From the NCBI RefSeq assembly GCF_022045235.1, contig NW_027266270.1:8122001-8186000 (forward strand): DNA of 64,000 nt, written 5' to 3'. The stretch comes from Haliotis cracherodii. Its lineage: Eukaryota. Below, piece after piece: positions 46,901-61,900 of this stretch (positions are counted from its first letter, which is position 1; each line of letters starts with the position of its first letter). The translations under genes were made by a program, and so were the position numbers. The notes beneath the pieces were generated by a model, which was not told the origin of the DNA, searched no databases, and saw nothing but the letters and a program-made list of their open reading frames with translations.

Positions 46901-49900
46901 ACCGAGGCACTTTCGCGCCACCATTATTCATTTATACTGCCATTATCACTTCAAGACCACGCCACTTTGAACATAGAACTAGCTATTGGGCCAGACGTTC
47001 GCAATGACATTTCTCGACACAAGGGAAAACATTTATGAAGTGTATGTGACGTAATACAGTTGCTGGGTCTCATGTCGGAAACTGGAGCAAGAGGCCCCAG
47101 TGACACATTTGGATAATTGGAACTCCCAACCCGCCACAGACCGCTCGCTGTAGACTGTTCCAGACCGCCGTAGATCACCACAGATTGATGTAGATTTTCT
47201 GTCCAAAACATCAGCGCACGGTTACTAACTTGGTATTATATTACGTGGTATGAGATATGCATGAATAAAACATGCAGGAAGAGAATGAGTCAACTGCTTA
47301 CTAGAGATATAATGTTCTTTGTTACATTTGCAGACCGCTCTCCTCCTGTAGTTACCTGCCCCATGGATATCCATACGTTCTCCGATCCCATCCAGACAAG
47401 TACCAAGGTCTACTGGAACGACGGCGATGCGTCAGCCTACGACAGCAAAGATGGAGCTGTTGCGTAAGAGAAACTATTATCGTTGTTGGTTCTCTCACAC
47501 AAATTCCATGATCTTCTTTATTTACGTACTACTTGCTACACCTTGAAATGCGTATCTATCAATGTTTCGAGACCAGGGGCACTTGGCTTGTCACTTGACA
47601 CGTGTGTTATATGCCAAGTTATACAAAATCATGTATGAACTTGTAGCGGTCATAACGTTTCCGATTCTGAGGTCGGAAGCCTTGTCCATATGGCAAAAAT
47701 GGTTAACCCGTTCAGCAAGTTGACAATTAAAGGATATCATCAGTGGGATGACTCAAAGCCCTGCTACGAACAGATCCGTCAATAGAAAGGCACGTCCCGG
47801 GCCGAATATACATATGGAGGGCACTGAGATTTATATTGCCCAAATGTGCTATGAACCTGCTGAGCACAACGTTGGGCGTTGTGAGTCTTATGATGGGATT
47901 CGAACCACGTTCATTCTGATCCAAAGACGGACGCCATGTCCACAAGACTATGGAGGTTAACCCCGTCAGCAAGCTGACAAGGTAAAGATGTCATTTGCTG
48001 GATGACTCCACGCCCTGGTACAAACATAACGATTGAACGAAGGCCATTGATACTTTTGTCCATGACACAGAGCCAAACGAGCGAGCAGAAAGCAGTCCGG
48101 CTACTTGTTTGGTGAAGGGAGGACGTCAATCACATACACAGCCAGAGACAGAGCTGGGAACATGGGGTCCTGTGTGATGACGGTCACTGTCACAAGTGAG
48201 TTCTACGCATGCTTTCAGAAAACAATCATCTGCAGTGGTGAAGGTGAAAGTTGAATTGATACGCACAGATCAACCATGCACTAAGAGTTAAGACTTCTTA
48301 GTTTTTAACAAAAGTAAATCAATAATCTTTGAAAAAAAAAATTATCCCAAGGTTGACATGCACGAAAGTAACTCGTGTAGTGGGTGCTGAATGGTTTGAG
48401 AATATCCAAGGTTGATCCCTATGTGTCAGTAGAACTGCATTCTGCTGGGTTTCTTTTAAGTTAAAACAGTATAAAAGACTTTGTGCGCCATAATCATTGC
48501 GGTATCAACGATCTCCAATCATCATTATTTTTCAACTCAGCTATCAGATGTTCGCCTGGGCCAAACAAGACCTTCAAGAACGGCTACTATGTCTGCCATC
48601 CCAGCGCCGATTTCGTCTACGGTACCAACTGCAACTACGGCTGTTACTATGGTTACAAGATAAAGGGTTCAAAGCACAGAGAATGCAAGCAGAATGGCCA
48701 TTGGTCAACTGCGGTAGAGCCAGCCTGTGAAAGTAAGCGTCACACCAATCATTGGCCTTGATTATGATCAAAGTATTTATATTCCAAGATGTTTGAAGAG
48801 CACATTTTCCATGACCTGTTAAAATAGTTTAATATTGTGCATGATTCATTCTAACCAAAAGTAAGGCAGATTATGTTACTTGCAAATACAACAATTATAA
48901 AGGCTTTAAGTTAACTAAATGAAAATATTTTCTAAGTTGCATCAGGAGGATACAATCATAAATGCTAAGTAGGTATCTTAAACTGATGTAGAATAGAATA
49001 GGAAATAAATGGTAAAACGGCGCCTCATAAACACGATAATACTTGACCAACAGAAAATGCCCACATACACATGTAAGTCCATTTATGCTCAATATATCGA
49101 CATATGGTGTGAACCAAATATATATTTCGTATCCATGTGCCCTCATTAATCCACATTTCAGCTGCCACGTGTCCACCTCAATCCCTTGCACCGGATGCCA
49201 CGTTTACGTGCACTGATGGCACTCACTTCAAGAGTGCGTGTTCCTACATGTGCAAAACCGGATATGACGTCAAACCTAGAAAGTCACGTGTCCGAGTATG
49301 TGCATATGATGGTCAGTGGCGAGGTGCAATTCCAGAATGTGTAGGTGAGTGTGTTTGGAATACCGCTTGACATAATAATATTTATAATATATAATATATA
49401 TAATTAAATTTCTAATGCATTTTCTGGGATCATTATTCAGATGTTACGGTTGTAACGTGTCTTACCTGGGAGTACACGTATTTTTGTGTACGTGTGTTTG
49501 TTGTGGAAAGTCTCTCAAAGTAGTATAACAGCTCCAGTGATTAGTAATATTTTTCGTTCTTTTGTTGTTTATACGCCGCAGTCAGCAATATTACAGCTAT
49601 ATGACGGCGGTCTGTAAGAAATCGAGTCTAGGCGGGACAATAATGAACATCGAACCACGCAAATGGATACAATGGCACGCAATCAATCAAGCCAGCCACC
49701 ATGAAGATCCGGGTTATCATAGGTCTTCAGCAACCCATGCTTGCCGTAAAAGGCGACTTTGTCTTGGGATTCGACTAACGGGATAGGGTGGTCAGGCCGC
49801 TGACTTGGTTGATGCATGTCATCGTATCCCAATTGCATGGATCGATGCTGAGATGTCAATCACTTGATTGTCTGGTCAAGACTCGATTATTTACAGACCG

Positions 49901-52900
49901 CCGTCATATAGCTGGAAAATTGCTGAGTGTGGCGTTAAACAACAAACAAACAAACAATCCAGTCAGCGAGCCTGATCAGTCGATCCATTTGGTCTCCTCT
50001 TATGGAAAGCATATGTTGCTGGGGACCGGTGCGCTTTGCCGAAATCTACACAGGTTATTGATATCATGAGCAACGATAAACGTCACCAGGGTTCGATGAC
50101 ACGCAATCACCGTTGCTGTTTACCACCAGAAATCCACAAGGTGTCATCTTTGTGTATGCTTCAGATTCCGAACCACCAAAGTTCACCAGCTGCCCAAGCG
50201 TTAAGACGTATTTCACAGAAAGGAGCTCCTCCCTGGCGTTAGTGGACTGGGACGTCCCCGCAGTCACAGACAACAGTCGGGAGTCCATCACACCCAGACA
50301 GACATCTGGCATATCTAACACAGACTACCATCCCGTGGGTGTATATGAAATTGTTTACACAGCAGCGGACAGCGCCGGAAATAAGGCCAGGGAATGCAAG
50401 TTCAAGGTCGTTGTAAAAGGTAACACAGAACGGAGGCCATTGAAAGAAGGCTTCTAATAACCTTCCAAGACATTAAACACACGTTGTGAACAGTTTAATC
50501 CGCGGGCAAATGTTGTGTTCGGAAATAAATCCGGTATTGATACCAGTTAGTGACCTTAACATATTGTAAGCAACAATATTATTTTTCTTTCATTTCTCTA
50601 TGAAATATAATATTGACATGCATTTGTTTTTATCTTTTTTATCACCATACACAGAAGTTTAGAACATTTAGAATTACATATCTACACATGTACAAAAGAA
50701 TGCCCATATCTTCAGAACTGAAGTGTTTCGCCCAGTACCCGCTCCCCTACATGAGAGTGGACTGTCCCGAGGGGTACCGGCACGGGTCTACATGCTCCTT
50801 CAGCTGTACTGGTAACTACGTCTTAGAAGGTGCAAAGGCCACCACGTGTGAATTAGCCAACTCTGATAATGGACTTGCCTACCCTTACTGGCACATGTCT
50901 AAACAACCCTACTGCAGCTGTAAGTATACCTCTACATTTTAGGGTTAGTCAACGAGCGGTCATTACAAAAGCTGCTTAATCCCATAACAATGTATAAATT
51001 AGCGTGCAATCATAATGTTTAACATCGCTGGGTTTTCTATACAAGCATGTATAAGTACTTATATCACTGGTGTCATCTGCCAAAAAAGGAAATCCATTTG
51101 AACGAACTTTAGCTTAGTCGTGTTACTTTGGGTCTTCCCGCCTTTGTGTATCACTTGATGACTTCCTTTCACGAAAGGCTTATTGATGGTGTCATTACCT
51201 CAATTACAAGGCTGGAACCTGTTAAACGTGATCTTGTTTGTCCACTTCGATCGGATTCAGATTATATGTTGAAGGACATTTTATTTCTACGTATATTGGT
51301 CATTGATTTCATTATTTACATGGACATCTTTTGAACTTTAGATTCGAATATAAACCATTTGTGTAAGCAAACATTACATTGGATATATGCTACACCGCAC
51401 CGTACCGTACCGCACCGCACCGCACCACACCCAGGCTAACATTTTAAGGATAGTGTTTGCCAATTCCCTTTCAGCCTAATCTGTTTAATACTTTATCCAT
51501 GCATAAAGATTCAGAGTGGCAAAACACCCTCTGAAAGAGTGCATCACAATAATCAGCTTCCCCTTCACCCCGAGGAATATTATAGCAACACCAGCATTTG
51601 GCCGTAAGAGGCGACTGACTGGATCGGATGGGCAGGCTCGCTGACTTGGTTGATGCATGTCATCGATCCCAATTGCGTGGATCGATGATCATGATATTAA
51701 TCACTGGATTGTCTCGTCCAGATACGATTATTTACATACCGCCGTCATATAGCTGAAATACTGCGTTAAAGAACAAACAAACCAACCAGCCTTCACAACT
51801 TTGATGTTTTTCAAAGATGATGTGAAAATATGTTATTCCAAACAAGTACGAGTCATTGAACCTGTTCATTCAGTCAGCTGACAGGGAGGCCATTCGTCAT
51901 TCATAAGCAAATGAAAAACAAAGCGCCTGACCGAGGAATGATAACTTGATTTCAGTCTTCAACACCTGCCGAGAATTATCACCACCTACCAACGGAGCTC
52001 TGGCGTGTGACCTTTGGGAAGATGGCCATTTCTGTCAGATGCAGTGCATGAAGGGAACTGACCTCACAAGGTCTACAGCACATTTTGGAAAATTAATGGT
52101 ATGTGGGGAATCTGGAGACTGGAAGATTGGTCTGCGTGCTATTCAAGAACTACCACCGTGTACAAGTAAGAATTTCATCGTTCTACCAACATCTTATTTA
52201 TTTATGCACTACATGCTCCATCGTCATCAATATACATGTATCTTGACAAACCTTCTACAAATGTATTTCTTTATGCTAATAGTTGTTTCTGGTTTTGAAG
52301 AAAGATAAACCAGTTAGTCAACAAAACAGGTTCATTGTAAAACGTGCATATACTGATGAACTTTGATTTTCTTAATACACTGTCTCGAACTCGGACGTGT
52401 CGAACAAATCCCGGTTGTGTCGAACACACAATCCGGTCTCGACACACTCTTGCAATAGTTGTCACTATTTTAACCATGATATGTCTTCAGACTGGTTGCT
52501 GTATAGTATTTTAGCTCAGTATTTCCTACCTGATCCTCAACACTGATACAAGATGGCCATGACCTAGTTGTGAGTGAATCCTCGAACGAGATCTATATTC
52601 ACATGACCTATTTCATGTCGATTCGTATATTAAAATCTGAATGTCAATGTCATTGTATTCTGTGTACATGTAAGTGAATGCCAAGCCAAATTTGCTGGGA
52701 AGCACGCCTCAAAGAATAACAACGAAAAAGGTTAAAAAGTCGGTAGTTCCTCGTGAACATGACTGCTCTAACAATGAACATGAATAATGTCATTTGTAGT
52801 ATTTCATTAGTAAATGCAATGTTATGTACAACGTTAACTTGATCTAATCAACTTCGCAAACTGAAATAGTGTTAAATCCGTGGGGAGTCCATGTAAGAGT

Positions 52901-55900
52901 ATAGGTCCCCACAAACCTTTGCTTGTGGTAAAAGGCAACAAAGTTAATTGGATGGATGAGCTTAGCGAATTGGTTTCCCAGTTACGTGGACCGATGATGT
53001 CAATGGATTCTCTGGTTCATACTCTAATATTTACAGATCACAGTCAATTAGGTGGAAAAATTGCTGACATCGGCGGTAAACAGCAATACATACCAATCTT
53101 TGTAAGTGTCTATATGATTTATTATTCACAGACTCTCGCAGACCCAGAGACACAATAATGTCAGTACTGTTCTACTACGATGGTCCGTGCACGGAAGAAT
53201 CTGCCCAGAATCAAATAAAAACAAATTTCCTGAACGCATTCAAGGAAAGCCCTTTCAGCGAAACTCTCGGGCAATCAGGGAGGACGATTGCCAATGTGAA
53301 GGTAAGCTGCATCACCAGTTATTGAAGCATTCTCATATATACCTTTCTGAAGTGTTTCAATACTGGGTAGCTGTTCACTTTGACGTCAACTAGTCATAGC
53401 ATTACGACACAAACGCACTAAGTTCCGCAATTCGCTATTACCAAGGTTGTGAACGCCTTTTTATATATGCATCTATTCTCAAACATTAAACTTTCATACT
53501 GTGATATAACACTTAATATTTGTCTGTCTGCTAATGTCCGGCACACACATATTCTGCGCGTAAGGATTCTTACACAAAAATGGTTATCGTAAAAAGCGTC
53601 TTCATGGATAGGGTGGTCAGGCTCGGTGACTTCGTTGATAGCCTGTCAATGTACCCAACGCCGTGGATCATTGTTCTTATAATCAATCACTGGTTTGTCT
53701 GGTCCAGACTCGATTACCTTCAAGCGGACGTCATATAAATGGTATATTGCTGAGTGCGGCGTTCAGCAACAATACAAAACTATCATATCTTCTGTTGTTG
53801 TTCTCCCAATGAAAGGTGACCTGTGGCTCTTCTGATAAGGGAAGACGAAAGCGAGAAACTCGTGTGACAGTGAAAGTTGACATCCTCCTTTCCCTCGATG
53901 GCGACGTGTCCAGAGAAACCTTCAAGGATGCTGAGAAGACTCTTCTGAACCTGTATAACCATATTACCGAGGACATAAAGGGCAACAACTCCAAGATGTT
54001 TCAACACCTCGATCAGGAAGTCCGATCTGTGATGGAGATAGAGAGGCCAACGATTGAGCTGGATTGCCCACTTGATACCTTCCCTTCGTACAACACATAC
54101 AGCTGTGGTAAGTACATAAAGGTTAAGTCTATTTAAGACAGAGGTGCATTAATTGGAGAATCAGACCTTTCAGATTGCCTCATCAACAAGAGGACATAGA
54201 GCTATTGTGGTATAATTAATATTTTTATTCTTAGTGTATCTGTACAAAAGTGCATGTTTGTTATTTCTACACCTACATTTGACCTGCCTTTGCATGTGTT
54301 TATGGCGGGTGCCACAAGTGAGGCAATTTAGCGAACACCTGGTACTATCACTATTTAATATTGATTCACAAACACATGCTCATGATGTAGTCGGAATCGT
54401 ATCATGGACTTGTGATTTCTTATCATTATGGTTACAGGGTTTTGTTGTTTTGTATTCTTTCTTTTTCTTTTCTTTTCTTATTCCAATTCACAATCGTATA
54501 CGTACAATTTTACAATGTCATTGGTGCATCTTCAATGCTTCTAAACCCTGCAGCCTTGTCTGGAACTGCGTTCATGGGCGTCATGACAGGGCCCATCTCA
54601 AACTTATCTCAAAATATCTAAATGAATGCAGTATGAATTTGGCATCTCCAAACTAGTTTTCCACGATTATAGTTGGGTCAATTTTGTGGTTTTTACTTTC
54701 CCTTCAGCAGCTTTTACATATTTACATTTTGATTGACAGCTGATGCATGCACCATTGTATATCATACGATATGTTTCTAAGTGCATTTTTTCTAATTGCA
54801 GTTGGATGCGGAGAAGGTCTGTACTACTCGGAGGGAGACAACAGCTGCAAAGAGTGTCCTATTGGAACCTACCAACCCGAGGCTGAAGGTCGTGGCTGTA
54901 TCCAGTGCCCTGATGGAAGAACAACTTTGCAAAATAAAACTACAACCGTTGATAGATGTCTTCGTAAGCTCTTTCAAGACCTCTGAAATCTTGACTAAAC
55001 ATACTGTTAAAGAGTAAATGAGCATGGTTACCATTTCGGTGAAACCCACGAACACGGGAATGGCGCTGACAAACCTAGAAACATAAACCGGCAAACCAAG
55101 ATTCGCCAAGATGGGACACAACTCTGTATTTTGAATTGCAGCGGCTTAGACGACTGGGCAACGTGTGTCCCCTTGTATAGAATAACCCTACACCAGTGTT
55201 ATTAAAAAGGTAGAATGGTATTAATTTATTCCTTTTGTGTTTCAGCCAAGTGTCAACTTGGGCATTTCTCAGAAAACGGTGTTGAGCCTTGCACTCCGTG
55301 CAGTCAAGGGCAGTATGCAGACAACGTGGGTTCTACAGAGTGTTCAGCCTGTATGGGCGTCATGACGACAGTGTCTCAAGGCTCAGATAGTGTCACCTCC
55401 TGTAGACGTACGTAATGCATATCACTATACTTTTATACTCCAAGGTAAGAGTAATAGTGACCCGATTATATTAATGATGGTTTATTTGGCCATTGAGTAT
55501 ACAACAATCTTTCAAAGAGTACTAAGTCTTTATGTTTGATGGAAGTGTATGCCGACTGGTGTGATGAATGGACAGTACTCGCCTTAAGGAGGTGAGTACT
55601 CCGTTTCCGGAAATGTCCATTAACACCTGCAACTATACAAACACATAATGTGTATCGACATATACAATACAGAAGTTATCACTTAGTTTCATGTCATTCT
55701 CTGTCAACTACTACTTGAACACGATGTCACTATGGAAAGTATAACGTCATGCTGAAATTGGACATTAATATTAGTCTTGACAACGGAACCTGACTGGTAA
55801 ACTTGTTCGAATACATAGTGATCAGACTTAATATTAAACAATGTTGTATTTCATTTCGTCAAGTCGAAGGACAAGGACTTTTTAAAATAAATCGTCCGAG

Positions 55901-58900
55901 GGACATTATTGATGTCCTATATTGTCACTTTCACTGAACACAAATTGCGTGTTGTAAAACACTGACTACAAACTATCATTTTGGTTAGTTGGTATATTTT
56001 TTCCACAGAGTTTGACGTGGCTGTGTCTAGTTCTCAAAACGCCAGTGTTCAGCTGGTAGTCGCCACAAAAGAGTTTGACATTCAAAGCGGATTTGAACTT
56101 CGTTTTTGGCTGGTGTATCATTCAGCAGGAGACGTTATATCTCTGACATCAGGAGATAAGTATACTAGTATTCTGTCCATCTCCATGACAACTACTTCTG
56201 AACTGCAGCTACGGGAAAAAGGGTAAGTAGCCCTGAGATCAAACAAAATTGACGGGAAAGAGAACGGTAAATGCTATAGTATGTGAGTTTGGCTTGCACC
56301 AGCAATATCACGGCGGGAGTTACAAGAAATGGGACTCATATATTGTATCCGTCTGGGGCATCGAACCTAGGCCTTAAACGTGACGCACGAACGCTTAACC
56401 AAGAGAATACCCAATCGTAAACAGTAAATGAACTGCATTCTGGTTTTGGATGCAAATGTTATCATATTGTGTTTTGCAATTTAATACAGTAAACCAGCGT
56501 TAGGCTTGACCCCGTCCTTCCGGAGACCCCGCCTTTCAGAATATTACTGTCGTGAACGTATCCCAATATACATGTTTACATGTTTTGTTTGTTTGTTTTT
56601 TGTTTAACTCCTCACTCAACACTATTCCAGCTATATGACGGCAGTCTGTAAATAATCGAGTCTCGACCAGAAAATCCAGTGATCGACATGAGCATCGATA
56701 CGATGACATGCATCAACCAAGTCAGCGAGCCTGATCACCCGATCCCGTTAGTCGCCTCTTACGACAAGCATAGTCACATTTAACGCAGCCATGGGTTGCT
56801 GAAGACCTACTCTAACCCGGATCTTTATGACTCTATATATGTTTTTAAAGGGCATGACTACATACTAATTTGTTAATCCTAAAAACTGATAATCTGGACG
56901 ATTTCGGTGGTAGCTGATTCATGGGGTTTGATTTTATTGAATTTCATTTTATGTTATGTGTTATTTTATCATAATTCTACAAATTAGTGTCTTAGGAAGT
57001 TACAAAAAGGTTATTTGAAGAATCTATAAAGGGCGCACTGGTTATTGTCCCTAAAACAACACATGATCTATGCATGTCAGAGAGATGTATGGAAGGCTTC
57101 GAATTACTTACTGGGTTTTGTTTCAGCTTGTCGTGGTATTTGTTTAACAGGACAGTGCTCGATGTGGCGGCCCTGAACACAAGCCGATGGTATCAGATAA
57201 ATATAAACTACATCAACAATACACTCTCCATCAGTGTAGACGAGGTCCAGAGTCTCACGCACGCTGTATCTTTTGACGCATATGATGGCCAATCTATTCT
57301 GGTCTCCATGGGAGGTTAGACCCTTCTTTTTTCATGTTAATATTTTACATGGATTAAACAGATATGTACATACACATTCATGAAGAAAGGAAATCAAGAG
57401 AAACCTATTCGTACATGTTTGTAATAAGTTGACTACGTGATGTTGGACGACACGTACTGTCGACTATAAACACTTGGTGAACTCCAAATGCAAATCAAAT
57501 GAATGAGGCCAGAAATCTGAAGTAATAATAAAATCAGCAATTGTATGCCCTTTTTACCATCAGTCACTATATAAAAACCAGAAGTGAAATGTAATCTCAA
57601 AATTTCACGCAGCAATCCAATTAATCAAGTCAAGTCAAAGCAGTCGTTTGTTTACAGCCACTCGTTTTCAGTATGAATTTGACTTTGCGTCCGCTATTTA
57701 AACCATACTACCTATAGCTTTTTATTGCACAATGTTTTGCTCGCTACTTGTACTTATCTGTCTTGCCCAAATATTTATGGTGACGTTACACATGGTTCCT
57801 TGACTGCTGTTGATTGTCAGTGATCCATTCAAAAACAATTCACTGTTATTTTGCCTTTTACACCCAATGGTATCTGCTTGGGAATAATCGGGGCAGGTTA
57901 TTCTCTGGCTTTGACGTTCTATATTTATTTAATGTAAGGTTATTACTTTCACACTAAACGTATGGCTAAGGATAATCCTGGCAGATTATTCTCTTCTATA
58001 TTTAGTTAATGTAAGGTCATTACTTTCACACTAAACGTATGGCTAAGGATAATTGAGGCAGGTTATTCTCTGGCTTTGGCGTTTTATATTTAGTTAATGT
58101 AAGTTCATTACTTTCACACTAAACGTATGGCTAAGGATAATTGAGGCAGGTTATTCTCTGGCTTTGGCGTTTTATATTTAGTTAATGTAAGTTCATTACT
58201 TTTACGTTATATGTATAGCTAAGGATAATTGAGGCAGGTTATTCTCTGGTTTTGACGTTCTATATTTAGTTAATGTAAGTTCATTACTTTCACACGTGTG
58301 GTTAGAACATGACTGAACTGTAACGAGAGACGTGGTCGGGATGCCCACAGGTGCTGGCTTTGAGGGCAGTGTATCCCAGGTGAACATGTGGCGTTCCCCC
58401 CAGACAGTTCCAACGTCACACACTTGCTTCACGAACAGCCTCGGGGACGTCTTCAACTGGAAAGACTTCACTTCAGCAAACGTCTCAGAGTCGTTTATAC
58501 AGATCCCCAGTGAATGTGACGGTATGGGTTTCAGAAAAGCTGGTTTACAGAGAAATATTTTTAAAAGAACATGCTTCGATAAAACGATAAGACTGAACTC
58601 GTTTCCTTTTGAGGACTTTAGTGGTGTTATAAGTAGATGGACGTGTCCAACTCTGGTTTAAATGCACCATTGGATTATAGTGAAGTTAATTTAGCCTTAC
58701 TATCACCATTCGATGCACGATTTTATTTGTGACGAGCCAATGTTTGAACCACTACAATACCTAACAGACCTCACTACTTGGTAATAGAGAGCAGGTTTGG
58801 CACGGTGTGAAGTTCCGCAATTCACTGTGCTGAGTTGCGTCCATTAGGCGTGCCAGAATCCTCTGTGGTGGGATCGATTCCATGTTCGCCCTACTGTGCC

Positions 58901-61900
58901 CCATGTGAGGTCACTTGTGCTCACTTTGCGCGTTTCTCTCACATAAGACAAAATGCCGTGATACATTTAAAATACATTTCAAAAGCGGCGATAAACCTAA
59001 CTTTTATTTGAACTTTTCAAAAGCGAAGTTAAATCTCACTCAATCACTCACCGACAGCAGTAGGATGCGTCATGAGAACATTTAAAATCTCGTTCTGGGG
59101 GCACGGGTGGCCCTGTCGTCTAAGGCGCCGCAATTCGCAATGCGCTAGGCAGGGTAACAACAAGTTCCATCTTTTACCATCTTTTGGAATGACACGGCCG
59201 GGAATCGAACGAAGACGCTCTACCACAAGACCTCGGAGGCGATCGCAAATTGTGTTCCCAGGTTTGTCAGCACCATACCCCTGCTCGTGGGTTTCCCCAA
59301 AGTCGTCAGCGTCTGAGAACTGTATCACTTCCGGCTTTCCCCCGACATAAAGCTGACACGCCGTGATATTACTGGAATACTGTTTAAAGCCGCGTTACAC
59401 CTAACTCACTCAAAATGGCGTCGAAACGAGCCCTCGAACGATGTGAGGTGAGGAGAAATCAGGTCAATACCCCACTCAGACACAGTATACTGACTCCGAG
59501 CCGACCAGTCCTTGTTTTAGTCCCTTAATGCCGAGCGCCAGACAGAGTTACAACAAGTATCATCTTTTAACGTCTTTTGGAATGATGCCACCGGGGATCG
59601 CAAATGGGACCTTTCGCTCTCCGGGCGGACGCTCCACCACTAGACCACAGAGGCGAACGAAGTTCTGATAGTCTTTGAGATGATGCGCAACAAGACAAGT
59701 CGACTTCTGGTGATATGAATACTTGTTTCAATCATGAAAGAACTGTGTAATTTGATAGGACGGCTATTTTTAGCGACGTGTCAGTTGAGCGGACTCAAAA
59801 CGAAGCTACTGCGTCCCTTGTATTTAGCATAATAGAATTGAGACATAAAACACTGGATTATCGAGGATGATTATACATATGATCTTAAAGTGAATTACAG
59901 TTCTGTTTTTTACAGACACAGATGAATGTCTATCCTCACCATGTATCCATGGAGATTGTAACGACGATCTGAACAGCTACACCTGTTCCTGTGAAGATGG
60001 TTACCACGGCGCCAACTGTGACGTCAATATGGATGACTGTCTGGAGAACGAGTGTACTAACGGCGCTACGTGTGTAGACGGTGTGGCAGAATACACGTGC
60101 AGGTGTACACCCGAGTACACGGGACAATACTGCGATGCTAATTTAGGTAACTCTATGATTCCATAATACATGTGGGATCCATTGGGGTCCAGGGTAAGAC
60201 CTGGAACCGGTTCCACAAAGCGATTTTAGTGCTAAGTTGATCGCAACTCCCATACTTTGACAGAGGCATAACGTAGCACTAAGGTTGCTTTGTGGAACAG
60301 GGCCCAGCATCATATACTTGTTGTAAGAAGCGATTAAATGAATCGGTTGGTCAGGGTCGGTGACTTCTTCAATGCGTGTGTCACCGCATCACCAGTCTGT
60401 CACTGGTTTGCCTGATCCAAATTCGACTACAAAACAGGCCGTTTTGGGAACATTGCGGAGTACAACGTCAAACAATAAACAACAAACAAAAAGACTTCTG
60501 CTCATACTCATTGTTAACTGGTGTTCATTTCTTGTTGGAAAATATGTACCAACCCTTTCCAGTTCACGGACACTGGACCGCATGGGGTAACTGGACAGAG
60601 TGTTCTACGTCATGTGGACCAGGGGAGAGAACTCGAGCCAGACGTTGTGACAATCCACAACCACAGAATGGCGGAGAAGACTGCGAGGGTTCAGAGACCG
60701 AGGTCGGGGCCTGCGATACAGGAGAATGTCCAGGTATATGATGTGCCTTTCTATATCACTGGCTCGATCATTTACAATAGGCAGTCATATAACTGACGAC
60801 TTACATTTCAGCAATTTTAATTTTCTCAAAGTTATTGTTACAGCTGGTAAGACGCCAAGACATGACTCGCTGTGGGGTTGTGATCTGTTTTATTCAGATG
60901 AATAAATGTAGAAATGACGAAAGGAAGAAATGGCCCTGAAACAATTACAACGGAATAAAAACGCCCATACATTTTATTAGTTATACATACATATCACAAG
61001 TAGCTTATATAAAGAATATATTGATACTATGGTATCTCATAACACATTGAAAATTGTAACAAATTTATCAATTAGTGATGACATATGTTATCACGCCAAG
61101 GGAGACAATTTCCCACCAAATACAACATTTTGCCCACATACTCAAAATTAAAACACTATTTACACATATATCTAACATACAAATAATTCCACAAGTAAGC
61201 TGACGTACATTTAAATAAGCATGTCGTAACCCTCAAAGGTTACTTACAAAGTGTACATGAAGATAAAATATATTTATACATGCTAATAAGCCTTACCTAT
61301 TTGTGGAATTGAGCCATGTAATTGAACGTGGTGACTCACGCTCGTTGACCATAGATTGCCGGTCATTCACAAACACCATCATATAACATTGTGACAACGC
61401 ATTCACCATCACACAGGGTCTCGCTCACACAATTCAAACAATACCATTTAATATATAAAAACACAGCCAACTGACAAAAGCTGACGTTTAATAACTATTT
61501 TTAACTCTAATCAGAACATTTGTTGCAACTTTCTACACTATCACATGGACTTTAGGTTTGACTTAGTTGACAAACATCAGATAATTTATGTACTTGAATA
61601 CATTTTTCAACATTATCATTTTTAACAAAGTACTAAATAACATTAATTAATTCATTAATTAATGAACATGTAAAAGACCTAATAAACCTAAACATACTTT
61701 AGTGTTTAAGTATTTAACTGACCTTTTAAATCCTACTGCCACCTTTCTGTTGCCTGTGCAGTGCTGTGTTTGTGAGTTTGTTAGATTGGTGCAAAGCAGA
61801 CTATCTTAGTTTTTTAAATGAGCCAATGAGAAGCTAAGAATTAGGATCAGGTGATAAACAACTTTCATCCTGTATCCAGAACAAGACAATACTCTTGATC

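Noticed and set aside
47700-48028. ~75-bp diverged direct repeats (47700-47774, 47953-48028) resembling mini-LTRs
   Set aside because: No TG..CA ends, PBS or TSD; likely an old local duplication.
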